64,000 nucleotides of DNA, from assembly GCA_012295275.1 (NCBI GenBank), contig CM022665.1:6200001-6264000 (forward strand). The letters run 5' to 3'. The notes under the pieces were generated by a model that ran no database searches, was not told where the DNA came from, and worked only from the letters and a program-made list of their open reading frames with translations. Position numbers and translations under genes: made by a program. The stretch comes from Chrysomallon squamiferum. Lineage: Eukaryota; Animalia; Mollusca. Below, piece after piece: positions 13,900-32,215 of the stretch; positions within the stretch are counted from its first letter, which is position 1, and each line of letters starts with the position of its first letter.

Positions 13900-15669
13900 C
13901 TTTTTACGTACTGGAGAGTTTCCATCACCTTCATCCTGAGAAAAATCAGACAGACTTAAATCTTCTTGAGCAGATAACATATTCATGTCTGGAAATGAAA
14001 CTTCTGGTGAAACACATGGACTGCTGTGATCAGTGATCACAAATGGCGGCAGTGGCAAAGACTTTTTGATCTGAATACAAGTTTTAGCATCAGCACCACT
14101 GTTTCTCCTTGTGTCACTGAAGAGGCCTGCTGTTTTTAAACCACTTGCAAACTCAGTGTGTGTCGCATCTACAGGTTCCTCGTCTGGATTGCGGAAGTCT
14201 ACTGCAGAATCTGCATTACTAGATCTTGTGCTACATATACTACCAAAACTATTTCTATGACTCAGTGAAGGATACTGTTTCAGCAAAGCATCATCCTCAC
14301 CTAACTGAATGCTGCTTCGAGGAGTGAAGTAGCTCTCAGAAAACATGCTGTCAGAAGCATCGTCTGTGACATATATGGCTATTGGATGATCCTTTCTTAT
14401 GTTGCAATCACTGGAGTATTCCCACACTGAAAAATACTGGTAATCTCTCATCGGTTGAATGGAAGAAATATTTGTAAATGGCATGTATGAATTATCAGAT
14501 GGGTCTGTTTCATGGTGAGAAATTCTGCGATGTCTTGGATAACTACTGGGACTTATCTGTAATGAGAAGTTGTCAGCATCAGACAGCCTTTGATTTGAAA
14601 ATGATTCTTCTAAAGGTGAAAACGTCACAGCAGACTGATCACCACTAGTACTGTTAGATCTCTGTAATAAGGAAAAGGAATCTCTTGGATTTGATTCGTT
14701 AACTTTTAAAACAGATTGCAGCCAGATGTCAACATTGTATTTGGACTGTGGAGTTATCTCTCTTTGTGAAACATAAGCTGCATCAGTGGCATACTCTGAT
14801 GACTGGTTAATAATATCTGACTGACGACTGGAAGAAGCACTTCTTAAATACAAATGTGATTTCATCTGATCTGCCTTTGGTTCTTTATCCAATATCAAAG
14901 GTTTCTTGGTGGATTTGATTTCAACTGTTATAGTAGAGCGATATTTCAAGCGATAAGACTTTTCATCTGAAGGTTGTGAATGATGTCGCAGTTTTCTCAC
15001 ATGCCACTGTCCGTCCGAATGGACTGAAGAATGAGCTGAAAGTGGAGAAAGATGCTCTGCTGACTTAGGGCTGTGAACAGATGTCAAAAAATCATGTTTC
15101 CTCTGTGAATGCAAAGCAGGATTTGCGACTTCTTTCAAATCTGTACGACATGTTTTAGTGATGTTGTCAGAAAATGATGAAGAATGTAAATTCTGCCTTA
15201 ATGTACGGGCACTTACAGCTCTAATAATCCTTTTTTTTGAATGATCACTGACCTTTTCACCAGTTTTAGATAAAACAACATACATTCTTGATACTTTTGT
15301 TTCATTGGACATTACAGCCCTAATAGGCTGAAGACATGAATTTGCTGATGACAGTAAACCCATATCAGGCTGCACAACCACCTCTTTATCATCAGTTTTA
15401 TTCATAAGTCCAACACAGTGTGCTGAATCATAGTTAGATTGTCCTGTCCAATTCCTGTCATAAATATCATTAACCTTTATGGAATAAAAATGTCTGTGAC
15501 TTTCAGAACTCGGTGACTGTCTTATCTGACTTGCATTCGTCCAAGTGGCACCTTCAGACGACTTTTGCTGTTGTTTATTTGAAATCAGATGTACATAAAG
15601 GACACTTCTAAAAGTTTTAGGCTCATTCTCATAATTGCTTGTTTTTACCTCATAGCTGTTTGTTTTCAT
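13900..15669 (-). CDS. Large Ser-rich, likely disordered alternative N-terminal exon (590 aa) of the same minus-strand gene
   Basis: 1.77-kb uninterrupted ORF in very AT-rich DNA. Acceptor ..TGTCAG at 15678 just upstream of ATG 15669; ends ..SPVRKK|GTAAGA (phase 0, 13900/13899). The ORF tail beyond 13899 is intronic read-through. Confidence 0.8.
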
Positions 15670-16345
15670 TTTTCATTCTGACAATGAAAATATCTGAAAA
15701 GAATTGAGCATTATCCTACTGTTAAAAAAACACTCCCAACAATGTATGCCAAGTACTGTCAAAACTGAACATAATGTAATTGTTGTGATATAAATGCGAG
15801 ATGATTAATGTAACAATGTTAGTGTCTACTGAGTTCACATTTGGCATGTATCAATAGCAGTCATCCATATCATCATTCTTTTAAAAACTGTTTTTAAGTC
15901 AAATAAAAGGTGACCATGATGTGTCATGGTACTATCTTCCTTTCATAAACTGTATTCATATTTCAATGAATAATGTTGTCCTGCACAGTTATCTCAGTAA
16001 TTATAGGTCTATACCTCCTACTCCTGGCTAACAAACAAAGAAATATGTTCAGTTAGTCTATTAAAACTACACCAGAAATTCTTATGTAATATAATACATG
16101 TTTAACAACATTTTAACAGTCGTTATTTATTGTACATTTTCATGTATGAAATATGAAAGCTAACAATGAATGTGTTGTGTATCTGTCAGCTAGCAAGGAA
16201 CATTATATATCTATATATCTATATCTATATCTATATCTATATCTTTCCACAGTTTTTGATAAACAACCTACCTAGCAGCATACATAGGAAATAAAAATCT
16301 GTCATACTGAGAAGGATTGATCCTGCTACCTATCATATGCTAGGT

Positions 16346-16513
16346 TAGTCAAGGGCAAAATATGGCCACTGTGTTTTTCTGAATTTCATTAGGGAAATAA
16401 CATTAATAAAAAAAAGTTGATTTTGGGGGTTTATTTTATTTTTTCTGCTGCCTGCCTGATGTTGAGCCATAGCTCAAGCCTGCTCACTTCTTGAAAAAGG
16501 TTGCCCATGCCTG
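16346..16513. mobile_element. Degenerate hAT-type MITE
   Basis: Right end AAAAGGTTGCCCATGCCTG; degenerate left end TAGTCAAGGGCAAAATATGGCC; imperfect 8-bp TSD TGCTAGGT/CACTAGGT. Confidence 0.4.
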
Positions 16514-17663
16514 CACTAGGTCTGTATTCCAGTCACTGGAAAGATCTTATGGTGGAGGAATGGACTTTACTGTAGACATCTGATTTATATAGAGGGGACA
16601 CATTAGGCGAAAAATGTCAAAATTTTAATAAACAAAATTGTTTTTTCATTTTTGACATAACCATTTAGAAAATGTACATAAAAAATGAACTTTTTCTAAT
16701 AAATGTTTCTGTTTTTTTGCAAAATGAAGTGCATATATCCAGATTACATAATAATGATGCATAACATCAACCCTATAGCCATAATAAGTGGAAAAATGGT
16801 TTATAAAACTTCATTTGTTTTGTTTTTATAATCTGTCTTTTTTTGTACTATCCTAATGTTTTTGGAAAGATGTTGTATGAAAATTATTTGAGCTAGAGTT
16901 TCTATATATTTAAAAACAAACAAACACAAAGAAAATCTTGAAAAAATTAACTATTTTTTAATATATAACTTTCTGTTGTTTCAAAATACAAATGAAAAAC
17001 ATATTATTTTTTTTATTATGATTTCTTTTGAAGTATGTAAACAAAGATTAATTTCTTTCTGATATTTTGCAGAAATCCCTGCAGTTTGAATAATTTTATT
17101 TTGATTTTATTTTGTATTATCAATTTTGTATTTATTTATTTATTTTAAATACAAAATAATTGTCGTATTAATATTAATTACTTTACATGAATTATTTGAT
17201 TTTATATCAACATGAGAATGCAATTTATCACACAGTTGTAAATTTATCACAGTTGGAAACATAATTAAGTTAAATCCTAAGTGCAAAATAAAAATAACTA
17301 CATAAAGAGCAGTCTAATAAATCAAGCTCTGAAAATAAATTATGTGTAATTTTTTATTTTTTTATTTTACTATATTTTTTTATTTTACTTTTTTTTTGTT
17401 TTATTAAACTGTTTTTGGAATCCCTGCAACTACCCATCAAAGTTGTTTTAAAACATTAAAATTGCCATTTTTATTTAAACATAAATACTCTTACATATTG
17501 TGAACTGAAAAATATAATAATTACTTCTCTCATCGATTGATTATTTGACACCATTATCTGGACTATAGTGTAACGAATGTGTAACCTTTCGTAAATAGTA
17601 TCGATGACAAAGTTACCTTTAGTAGCAAATAAATCGCCTTATATTATCTAATACAAAACATAC

Positions 17664-17850
17664 CTTGTTCCAGTGTGAAATTTAGGATTGTCTGCTCTGA
17701 TCCGCTACACTGAATAAATTCAAAGAATGTGCACAATAACACAAACAAAAGCACCTGCGCTGTTATGACTATCGTGTTGATAACATTGAGCGACATGTTG
17801 ATGACAGCTGCATTTCAGAAACACTGCCATAGCGGTGAAAACGAAACTTT
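17664..17850 (-). other. Probable non-coding first exon and promoter region of the minus-strand gene
   Basis: Strong donor GAACAAG|GTATGT at 17664/17663 in a region where CpG density rises; could splice to the acceptor at 15678. The 5' boundary is approximate. Confidence 0.45.
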
Positions 17851-19137
17851 TTCGTTCGGAACATACCATTGGCAGATCAGTTTAATATACGCCTATGAAA
17901 AGTCTAAGAATCAAGTTAATTATCATGCTGTTTATAATTTTACCAAGGATTTTAATATTTGTAATTTGTTTTTATACATCACAGTTCGTAATAAATAATC
18001 GATGAAGTAAAAATTAATACGCCCAATCCACGATTAAAACGTGCTTGCATTCTTGTAAACTCAATCATTGCATAATCAGTTTCAACATATTACATCGAAA
18101 ATTATAAACTACCCTAAATGATACATAACCGAAACTAGGAGGGTGGGCATACAGCACCTGATCCCCTCAAGACGTTTTTGTTGTACTGAAATTAATTTTT
18201 TCTTGACAATATGTTTAATAATACCCACCTCTCACGTTGTCGTTTGGAAGACCTTGATCCTGTTATTAATTATTAATTGTAAAGTAATTTTGTACTGTAC
18301 ATATTCAGTGATGGTTATAATAAAAGCTCCGGTAGAGATGATGCTTAATGGATAAAGAATAAGGAAATAAAAAACAACAACAACAAACAAACAAACAAAC
18401 AAAACGCTAACGCGAGGTAGTACTTAGGAAAGAATAGAAAAACTAACAGTTAAACCGTATTATTATATCAGCGATTCTTCCTAAGAACAACAATGGAACT
18501 GAATACTAATATTTTAATGTGATTATATAATACTGTCAATAATTACAATATGTATACTGTATAGCCTACATTCTCGAGCCGGCAATGAACCATATTCTAT
18601 TTTAATGTGTAACTGTCTTAAATATATTTTCGACGATTTCAGTAATCTACCTATTTTATTTTTCGTCTGTAGCGCGTGTAGTTTAGTAACTTCCAGCACA
18701 TATTTAAGTGACATAGTTGTAAAGATAACACGTGTAGGCCTAGTGTTTAGGAATATAACATTTAGATCTTTGACAGGAGATCGGCCGCAATACATCAAAC
18801 GCAACGGTGCAGATAACACAAGCATCTGTGTCGTGAGCCCATGACATATACGCTTTTGTTTTCAGTGGATGAAGGCACAATTCATAACTTAGAGGTTTAT
18901 ATATATATCAAATAATAATAATAAAATAAAATTACAAAATAAAATAAATTTAAAAAATAAAACTGCTCCTTTTTTAACAGTTATTTTACGTGGTGACATC
19001 AATCACCTTTTTATTGATGTATGTTCACCGCCATCAGCATGAACGTTAATACTAACGACGTTTGTATGTAGTCGCGACAGTCTTAGACATAAATCTCAGC
19101 TATCACTGTAACGGATTGCTTTTATTTGTACACGATG

Positions 19138-19189
<52 letters not shown>

Positions 19190-19910
19190 AGAGTGTCTAT
19201 ATATATATGTCAGCATCATTCTTAGTACCAAACAAAAAACAATATGTACGTCACTAAGTAATATCGTGAACACTGAAATAATTGCTTCATTTCTTTCAAG
19301 CTGTCTGTGTTGAGAGTGAATCCCACACATAGATGATAAATGTGAAACTGCAAAGACTGGTTTCTAGGAGCGATTAGAAGTAATTAATTGGAAAAGAAAT
19401 TTATTTGACAATAAGCTATCTTTGCCATAAAATCCACTTATTACCGGTTGTAAATTTATTACTTGGAAATATATATTGTTGTTTTGTATCAACTCTACTG
19501 TGTTTTTTTTTTTTTTTTTTTTTTTAAATAGATAAAGAATTAAATGATTTTGTTCTGTTGTATTTATATACACGTACATATAATTATTGTTATGCTCCTA
19601 TTTTTTTTCCTTCTGTGTTTATTCTCAAATGGTTTTTCCTTCTCTGTTATTAACCTGTGGTTCATATTTGTCATTATTATTATTATCGTTGTTGTTGTAT
19701 GTATGTGGTATATATGTACGCATGTTTTAGAAGATTGTGCATTTCTATTAGGATAGAAAGGTTTTCAGTATGTTGACGGTTTCATATTTGAGAACAGGTT
19801 AATTATCTGTAATCACCTGTTATTTCTGTCGCACCTCATTTCCATGCAATGACGTCACATTCATGTCCACAGTTTATTTTAAAGAGAATCTAAAAATATA
19901 GAAATATATA

Positions 19911-20021
19911 AACTGAATTATGTCTCCCTTTCTTTTCACGACAGAAGTATGACACTGAAAAAAACCACGTGCATTACACGTCTAAGAAAGTGGTAGCTCT
20001 GCTTGCCCAGAAGAAGTATAG
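19911..20021 (+). repeat. Copy 1 of a ~110-bp inverted duplication (acceptor plus exon start)
   Basis: AACTGAATTATGTCTCCCTTTCTTTTCACGACAG|AAGTATGACACTG..CAGAAGAAGTATAG is the near-perfect reverse complement of 22551-22660. Confidence 0.9.
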
Positions 20022-21279
20022 ACATTAATATCAGTCAGTTATTTTATTCGTGGTTCGTCTACAAAAACAACAACAAGAACAAAAAACACACACAAAAAAA
20101 AAAAAAAAAAAAAAAAACAAAACAAAAACAATAAAATATATATATATATTTTTTTTTTTATAAAATAATAAAATAAAAATTATAAACTGGCAAATCATCT
20201 TTTGCAGATATTAAATTTTATACGTCTCGTAATATTTAACCAGTAGGCCTATATTATACACTTTCGGAATGCAGTTTTGTAACTACACTGCATAGTAAAG
20301 AGAACTCGTATTGTCATGTAACTGAAAGTAGCCTCTTTGAACTCCAGATATATATATAGCTGTAGTCCTTCAAATAATTTATCTTTTCTACAGTATATAT
20401 GACAGATATTCTTAATCTACTGTGAGACACTTTTTCAATATTTCGCATTACATGCGTAGACACAACATTGTTACATGCTATTCATTCATCATGCGGTAAT
20501 TTATATCGCGGCAATACATCAATGAACTATACATTTTTATATATTCGCGTATATTATTGATAAAAGGTTTGTGGGTACGGACAATGTTTGTAGCAGGTTA
20601 TATATTTTAATTAAAATGCCTTTGAGTATAGCATAAAGAGATGGCTCTTAAACTCATTATTAGCCTTTATTTCAGATAACCAAAATTAAATAAATATTTA
20701 AAAATACTGAAATAATGTTTGGCATGAAATGAATATTTCATTCTTATTACTTTATTTTTAACAAAGACTGGCTGCAGTTGCTCACAATACGGTAACTGGT
20801 TAGAAGTATACAAAATGTATTTAAGAGCTGTACGTATTAACTGTTTCGACATTCGTTAAACGTGTCTTTTGTGGTTAAAATGAAATAGTTTAAACGATAT
20901 TTTGTATTCTTCAGAGTTATGTTTTATATTATTTTACTGATTTATTTTTACGTCCGTTCTTAATTAACAATGAATTTTTTTTTTTTTTTAAATTTAAAAA
21001 TAAAAAAGAAGAGTACAGTTAGTTTGAAATTATCTGGCAACCGCATTTTTAAAATTCTTGTTTTGTTTTGTTTTGCTGTTTTTTTTTTTTTTAGTTGTGA
21101 TATCATGGCGAAAACAGTGGAGTGATAGGCAGTGTCACGTAAAATACGGCTAAAAGTGTAAGTCCGCTTTGTCCTTGACTATTTATTAATAAGATTTAAA
21201 AAACGATTTGTATTTGTTTATGTTGTTTGTCTATAACATTCAAATTACAAAAATAATTATGAACGTGTAATGATTATAA

Positions 21280-21283
<4 letters not shown>

Positions 21284-21340
<57 letters not shown>
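21284..21340. repeat. (CT)n microsatellite
   Basis: Perfect CT run; one of many simple repeats, e.g. (AC)n ~11812 and ~46437, (GT)n ~19142, ~39909 and ~41208, (CT)n ~60701. Confidence 0.95.
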
Positions 21341-21345
<5 letters not shown>

Positions 21346-21675
21346 TAAATTGTATGATAATAAGTATTTCTTTTATCAGTCTTAGAACCATGTACATATA
21401 TTAGTTTGAATTTAACTCAACTGTCCTTAACATAACTTTTTCAAACATTAAATCTTATTTCCTTTTATTTAACAACATTTATTTAGGCAAAGTTAATCCG
21501 TTAACTACATTTTTACTAACGGCAACTAGAAATTAAATTTGTAATAATGATACTTATGTTATTTATTCCACGTCTACAGGTATACTTTCACCTGGAGTAT
21601 GCAATTAGTGTTTTCTATTTTCGGCTGCTGATAAATGAAATCCTGTAACAATCTTGTTTATTATTTGACAGATAA

Positions 21676-21940
21676 CATAACACTCATTTCGTAAATTGGA
21701 AGACACTTTTTTATTTAAATAAATTCCTGATTATAAAGTTATCCAAAAGAAACAAATAAATAATTAATAATAAAACCAAGAGAACAAAATTTTTAATAAA
21801 GAAGAATAAACATAACACTCATTTCGTAAATTGGAAGACACTTTTTTATTTAAATAAATTCCTGATTATAAAGTTATCCAAAAGAAACAAATAAATAATT
21901 AAAAATAAAACCAAGAGAACAAAATTTTTAAAAAAGAAGA
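21676..21940. repeat. Tandem duplication, 135-bp unit x2
   Basis: CATAACACTCATTTCGTAAATTGGAAGACAC.. starts at 21676 and again at 21811, nearly identical. Confidence 0.9.
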
Positions 21941-22550
21941 AAAAAAACCCAACAAAAAACAAAACAAACAACAAAACAAATAAGCATTAATAATAATAAT
22001 CGTTCCAAAAAATTCTTTATAACTTCTAATAAAATGTTAATAGGAAAACATTTTTTAATAATAATATTTTTCTTTATTAACTTTGCATGTATAATTTATA
22101 TCTATGTGAAACCAGAGTAACACAGGCTTGTAACATGAAACCTTCAAAAAAGACATTCAAAACGTTCATAATTTTTGGTAAAAATATTGTAAATACAAAA
22201 TGGTGAACTATAGGCATCATAACTTAAAATTTGTAGATTGACGAATAAATAAATATAAAAATTAAATCAGTTCATTAAGTATTTGTTCAAAAATATTCGG
22301 TGCCAAAAAAATGCTTATATATGTTGTAGAAAAACAAAAATTATATCAAATTAATTCTGCCTGGAGAGTAAATCCTTTATTCTGACCAATGTCACAACGA
22401 CCCTGACTTGCCTAGTCCACTGATAGTCTAGTTCTTGAAGCATCAGCTGGTGTTGCAGGTTCATGTACAAAACACTGCGAGGCTGGTTTACACAGATCTA
22501 ATTATGCCCTCGCTTTACTCTTCACTTCGCTTTGGCAACGAACTAGGTTT

Positions 22551-22660
22551 CTATACTTCTTCTGGGCAAGCAGAGTTACTTCTTTCTTAGACGTGTAATG
22601 CACGTGGTTTTTCAGTGTCATACTTCTGTCGTGAAAAGAAAGAGAGACATAATTCAGTTT
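22551..22660 (-). repeat. Copy 2 of the ~110-bp inverted duplication
   Basis: Reverse complement of 19911-20021; differs by a few substitutions and an A5 vs A7 run. Confidence 0.9.
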
Positions 22661-22867
22661 AATTTTAATTTATATAATTTTTAATTAATTCGCTTAGAAT
22701 AATATCTAAAAATGAATTAATAATTTAGTCAAATTGATCTACATAATGAAAGAGACAATCCAATAATGACAGTGACAATAGTTCCATCGGTATTTTGCCT
22801 ATTTTGGCTTTGTTTTCTTTTGACATTAAATTTTATCAGATCGTAAATCCATAAATGTATATTTAAT

Positions 22868-22898
<31 letters not shown>

Positions 22899-23243
22899 CA
22901 AAAACAACAACAACAACAACAACAACAATAATAATAATAATCACATGAGTTGGTGATAGAGCGATGCCCGTGGATGTCGATACCCCGCATAGATACAGAT
23001 CCTTCAGTAAACCAAGGAAATCCAAAATAAAAATAAAAATAATAATGATAATAAATAAATTAATAAAATTAATAATGATAATAAATAAATTAATAAAATT
23101 AATTATACATCACAATATCATTATTTCATTTCGTAATTGCCAGTACATCATTACAAGTCTCTATTTTAAATAAAAGTGGTTTCTCTAATATTAAATATTA
23201 ATATATCTGGCAGTCGCTAACAATACATTTCTGTCTTACATAC

Positions 23244-23343
23244 CCGTCTTCTCGGCGTATTTCCCACTGGCTCACCAACAGTAACCACCTCCATGGGTTC
23301 GATTTCTCTGTCGTCGAAATTATCAAGATCCATAGGTTCGTGT
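23244..23343 (-). pseudogene. Orphan exon-like segment of an unidentified, probably decayed gene
   Basis: Acceptor TTTTGTTTTCAG, 100 nt reading HEPMDLDNFDDREIEPMEVVTVGEPVGNTPRRR, donor CGG|GTATGT; GC/CpG-richer than its flanks. Confidence 0.45.
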
Positions 23344-23426
23344 CTGAAAACAAAATTATTTATACCAGTATTTCATTTATTAATGTGTGTGTGTTTATAT
23401 CTATTCTTCTTCTTCTTCTTATTATT

Positions 23427-23458
<32 letters not shown>

Positions 23459-23542
23459 GAAATTCCTCTATCATAAAGTGAACAAAATATTAATAACTAT
23501 TTTTTAAATATCGGGAAGCAATTTTTTAAGTAAGCATTATTA

Positions 23543-23573
<31 letters not shown>

Positions 23574-24192
23574 TTTATTGTTGAGAAACCTGTTTTCTTT
23601 TATCAGTTTGCTGCTCCTATACACAAGCAAGTAAATATCAAAATATTTCTAATGTTTTGGCATTAGGTATTAAATCAGTTTACTAGGTTATGAATGCAGC
23701 TTACAGATGTAGATGAATTTCAGTAATAATATGGAAATTAAAGTCATACTGATGAACACTAGAAGATATTAATAACATTGAAATTAAACTTACTGAAAAC
23801 CAAACATCATTAACGAACGATGTTATAAATTAGATACAAAAATGAAAACTGAGAACTATCAACAAAATCAAAATGTGAAACAACTGTGCTAACTTTCGTT
23901 TCTATGTCGACAACGCATTGATGACATCATACAAAGGAGATGAAACCGAAGTTAGACGAAGTTAGACGAAGTTAGCCGATCGTATAAGTCACTGTAAATG
24001 TATTCGGTGTGGACTGACTTTTTTCCACCGAAATAAAAATAAACAGAGAAGTAGTGTTTAAATATATTTTTCATACTTTTATTTATTTATTTATTTATTA
24101 TTGTTACTACCAATACTGTTTTTTTTTTTTTTTATTTATTTATTTTTATTTATTTGTTTTATTTTATTTTTTTTTTTTTTATTATTTTTTAT

Positions 24193-24229
<37 letters not shown>

Positions 24230-24519
24230 TTTTTTTTTTATTTTATTTATTTTTTTTTTTGACGCTTTTAGTAAAAAACTAAACGAGTACAAACAAATTT
24301 CATTTAACCATACATACTGCCGACGTTATACTTGCAAGAAGTGTTAACTCATGTTACATTTACCTACTTTATTTTATTTTATTATAAATCATAAAATGAA
24401 GTCCGTATTAAGCAGTGCCTGATTCACTGTGATGATAAAATCATTTTAATGCATAATTTAAATTATGACATGGTTTTATATCAAAATAATGATTAATGAC
24501 ACAATGGGGGATCTCTTCA

Positions 24520-25330
24520 TTATCTTTTATCATTCGTCAAAATGAAGGGAACCCAGAGATCATCCTCAGTGATGAGGTAGTGGAACTGAACAGTTCCTCT
24601 GATGGTTAGGACATCAGCAAACACTTCTTTCATCTCGAGGACCTCATTTCGTTTTTCTGTATCGGCGATATTCATTTCAAATACACTGGCCTGTACTATA
24701 GAAGATGCATGCTTCACCATTATTGTCTTCTTTTGTTTTTATTGCAGCCCAGAGAACACCACCTATCCTACGCAATAGGCCCCTTGTCGTGAGAAATGAC
24801 AAAGAAATTCCAATAAATATTTTTCTTATACTTTTCTGCAGCGAAATCATAGCAGTTGCTATGAAGCGGTTTTTGAACTGTGACATTAGACCAAATCAAT
24901 ACGCTTTTGACTGAATTCGGAATCATTGCCAAGAGCATGTCAAGTTACGCCATGATAATGTCTGTCGAATGTGTAAGATAATAAGATGCTACCACCGTCA
25001 AGTGCAGCACGCCAATTTTCCACATTGATTCTGTTAAAAGGCCTACTCAACATTGCTAACAATGAACACTTTCTATCACATTCTGGTACCGACACGTATA
25101 ACATAGCAGTGCTCCATAAATTGGAGCAATAAGCAGGAAATGTGGAAGTGCAGATCATTAGATGTACCCTTCTTCCTTTGAAATTCTCTCTTCAAAATCA
25201 TTCTTCAAGACATACCAATTCACTTTCGTTGTGCTATCTGTGTTAGTCATGGCCATGACAAATTTTCCGTCATAGCAGTTTTCGCAACTGTTTAGTAGTA
25301 TGATTCCAGTCCTCATTCATCATGGGCCAT
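24520..25330 (-). pseudogene. Decayed Sola2-type DDD transposase (catalytic region)
   Basis: Stitching minus-strand frames gives NSCENCYDGK..VNWYV / YTCRYQNVIESVHC*Q..VGLLTESMW..VVASYYLTHS..LDMLLAMIPNSVKSVLIWSN / SQFKNRF / WNFFVISHDKGP / IGG..IK / TIRGTVQFH. This matches, in order, the recalled motifs QDEIQSAHW, WSDG..SQFKNRF, WNFFATSHGKG..DGIGG and IPGT..FH. Many stops and frameshifts. Confidence 0.75.
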
Positions 25331-26950
25331 TGCAATACATCCAGCCTTAATTGTCTCTGCTTTTCTCATTGCACTTTACCTAAAGCCCTATGCTTTGCTC
25401 CCCGGTCTGCTATATTCTTTCTTCTACAGTCTTCTTTTGGATGGATTCGGATATCTTCCTTTCTATTTCTTTACTCTTCTGTCTACATGTGCTTTTTGCC
25501 TTTCTTTAATTGTTATTAAACATAAAATCTGTGATTACTTTGTAACACTTTATCTTTTTCTTGGCCTGCAAATAACAAGTTTTCAGAACAGCATGTAAAA
25601 TTGAATACATACCTTTATTTACTTTGAGGATGTTGTCTTATGAAATTGTGGTGGATTTTTCTTTTTAAAAACTGAAGAATTGTGTGTAAAAATATCATCA
25701 TTCCGCAGCTGACATGACTGTTATTTGGTGAAACTACATTTTGTTCATAATTTGAAGACTGACTGATATATTTTTTTTAACTTTGTCTTGGCTAGTACTA
25801 AGAGAATTATAAAGTACATCATTATATACCTTCAGATTTTCTTCTCGCATAAACAATTTAGATTTTATTCGTGATAGACGTTACATCGACTGGACACATT
25901 ACTTCAAATCCTAATTTAACTATTTCCTAAAATTATTTTAAGCCTCCTTATTCTTTTAATGTCCAGAACCTGAATGAAATGAAGTGCCAAAGCCAGTTTA
26001 GTGTGCTTAATATTCCTATTTTGGGGTAGTCTCTAGTATTGAAATTATATACCGTGTCTTCATGTCAGATTCACAAGAATGTTCATTCTTTTCTGTAAGT
26101 TGGAAGTTTTGTCAATAAATTTTGACACTTTGCATAATGAAATACTGAACAAATTTTTCCCTTTTGCCCCTTAAGACATGGAATTGCCCTTTTGGTTTAT
26201 TTACTCTGTCAAATGAACGGTACGATAAACCAAGCATGATAATTCCTCCATTCCTTATTGCACCGTCATTATCTGTGCACTCTGTCATAATAAACAGAGG
26301 TGCCCTTATCATTGAGCGTTGTTAGACACTGATACCTGTTTCTTTTTGTTGTTTTTTCTTTGATGATAAATCTGTTCACTTTTCTTTCATAATGAGAACA
26401 CACAAACACATCCGAAACACTAATGATAATTAAATATAAGTATTTTGACTAAGAATTAAGTAACGATTGTATGTTTATGCCAAAAAGTAACAAATATACT
26501 GGCCTCGTTGTTAAAAAAAGTCAGCTTTTATAACCTTGAAATTATAATTATAGTTATGAAGTCATTACATTTTACTACTGCCCTTCATCTTTAAAACTTT
26601 AAATGTTTAAAGAATGCAGTAATAAAATAATACATTTTATTATCATGAAGGATAATTTATTATTATTTATTTATTTATTTATTTTTAAAGGCGAAAAAGA
26701 AAAAAGAAAAAACCCACTAAAATTAGGGAAATAATTATTTGGTTCAGGGAAGGAAATTAATTTAAAAAAAAAATGCTATTTAAGAATAAATAGCAACTGG
26801 TCATAGGTCTGTGTTTAAAAACTTCCAATTACCTTAGGCTTGTCTGAATAAAATAATTTGCGGGAATAAGTGGTCAGTGATCAGCTATCAACTACACTAG
26901 AGTTATCTCCGCTATTTGTCGTGTCGCTGATAGCGTTATTGACTTCCGTT

Positions 26951-32215
<5,265 letters not shown>

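Noticed and set aside
18523-18844. Overlapping 100-aa and 79-aa ORFs
   Set aside because: No recognisable motif or consistent exon chain; at most a weak terminal-exon candidate (18778-18844).
21676-21940. Direct repeats considered as a CRISPR-like array or LTR pair
   Set aside because: Two adjacent units with no spacer, in eukaryotic DNA; a simple tandem duplication.
19911-22660. Inverted repeat pair considered as transposon TIRs
   Set aside because: No TSD or recognisable terminal motif; the repeat is a splice acceptor plus exon start, better explained by inverted duplication.
26112-26312. 66-aa minus-strand ORF as a continuation of the Sola2 transposase
   Set aside because: No motif recognised in any frame; the putative TIR similarity (~24013 vs ~26520) is too weak to call.
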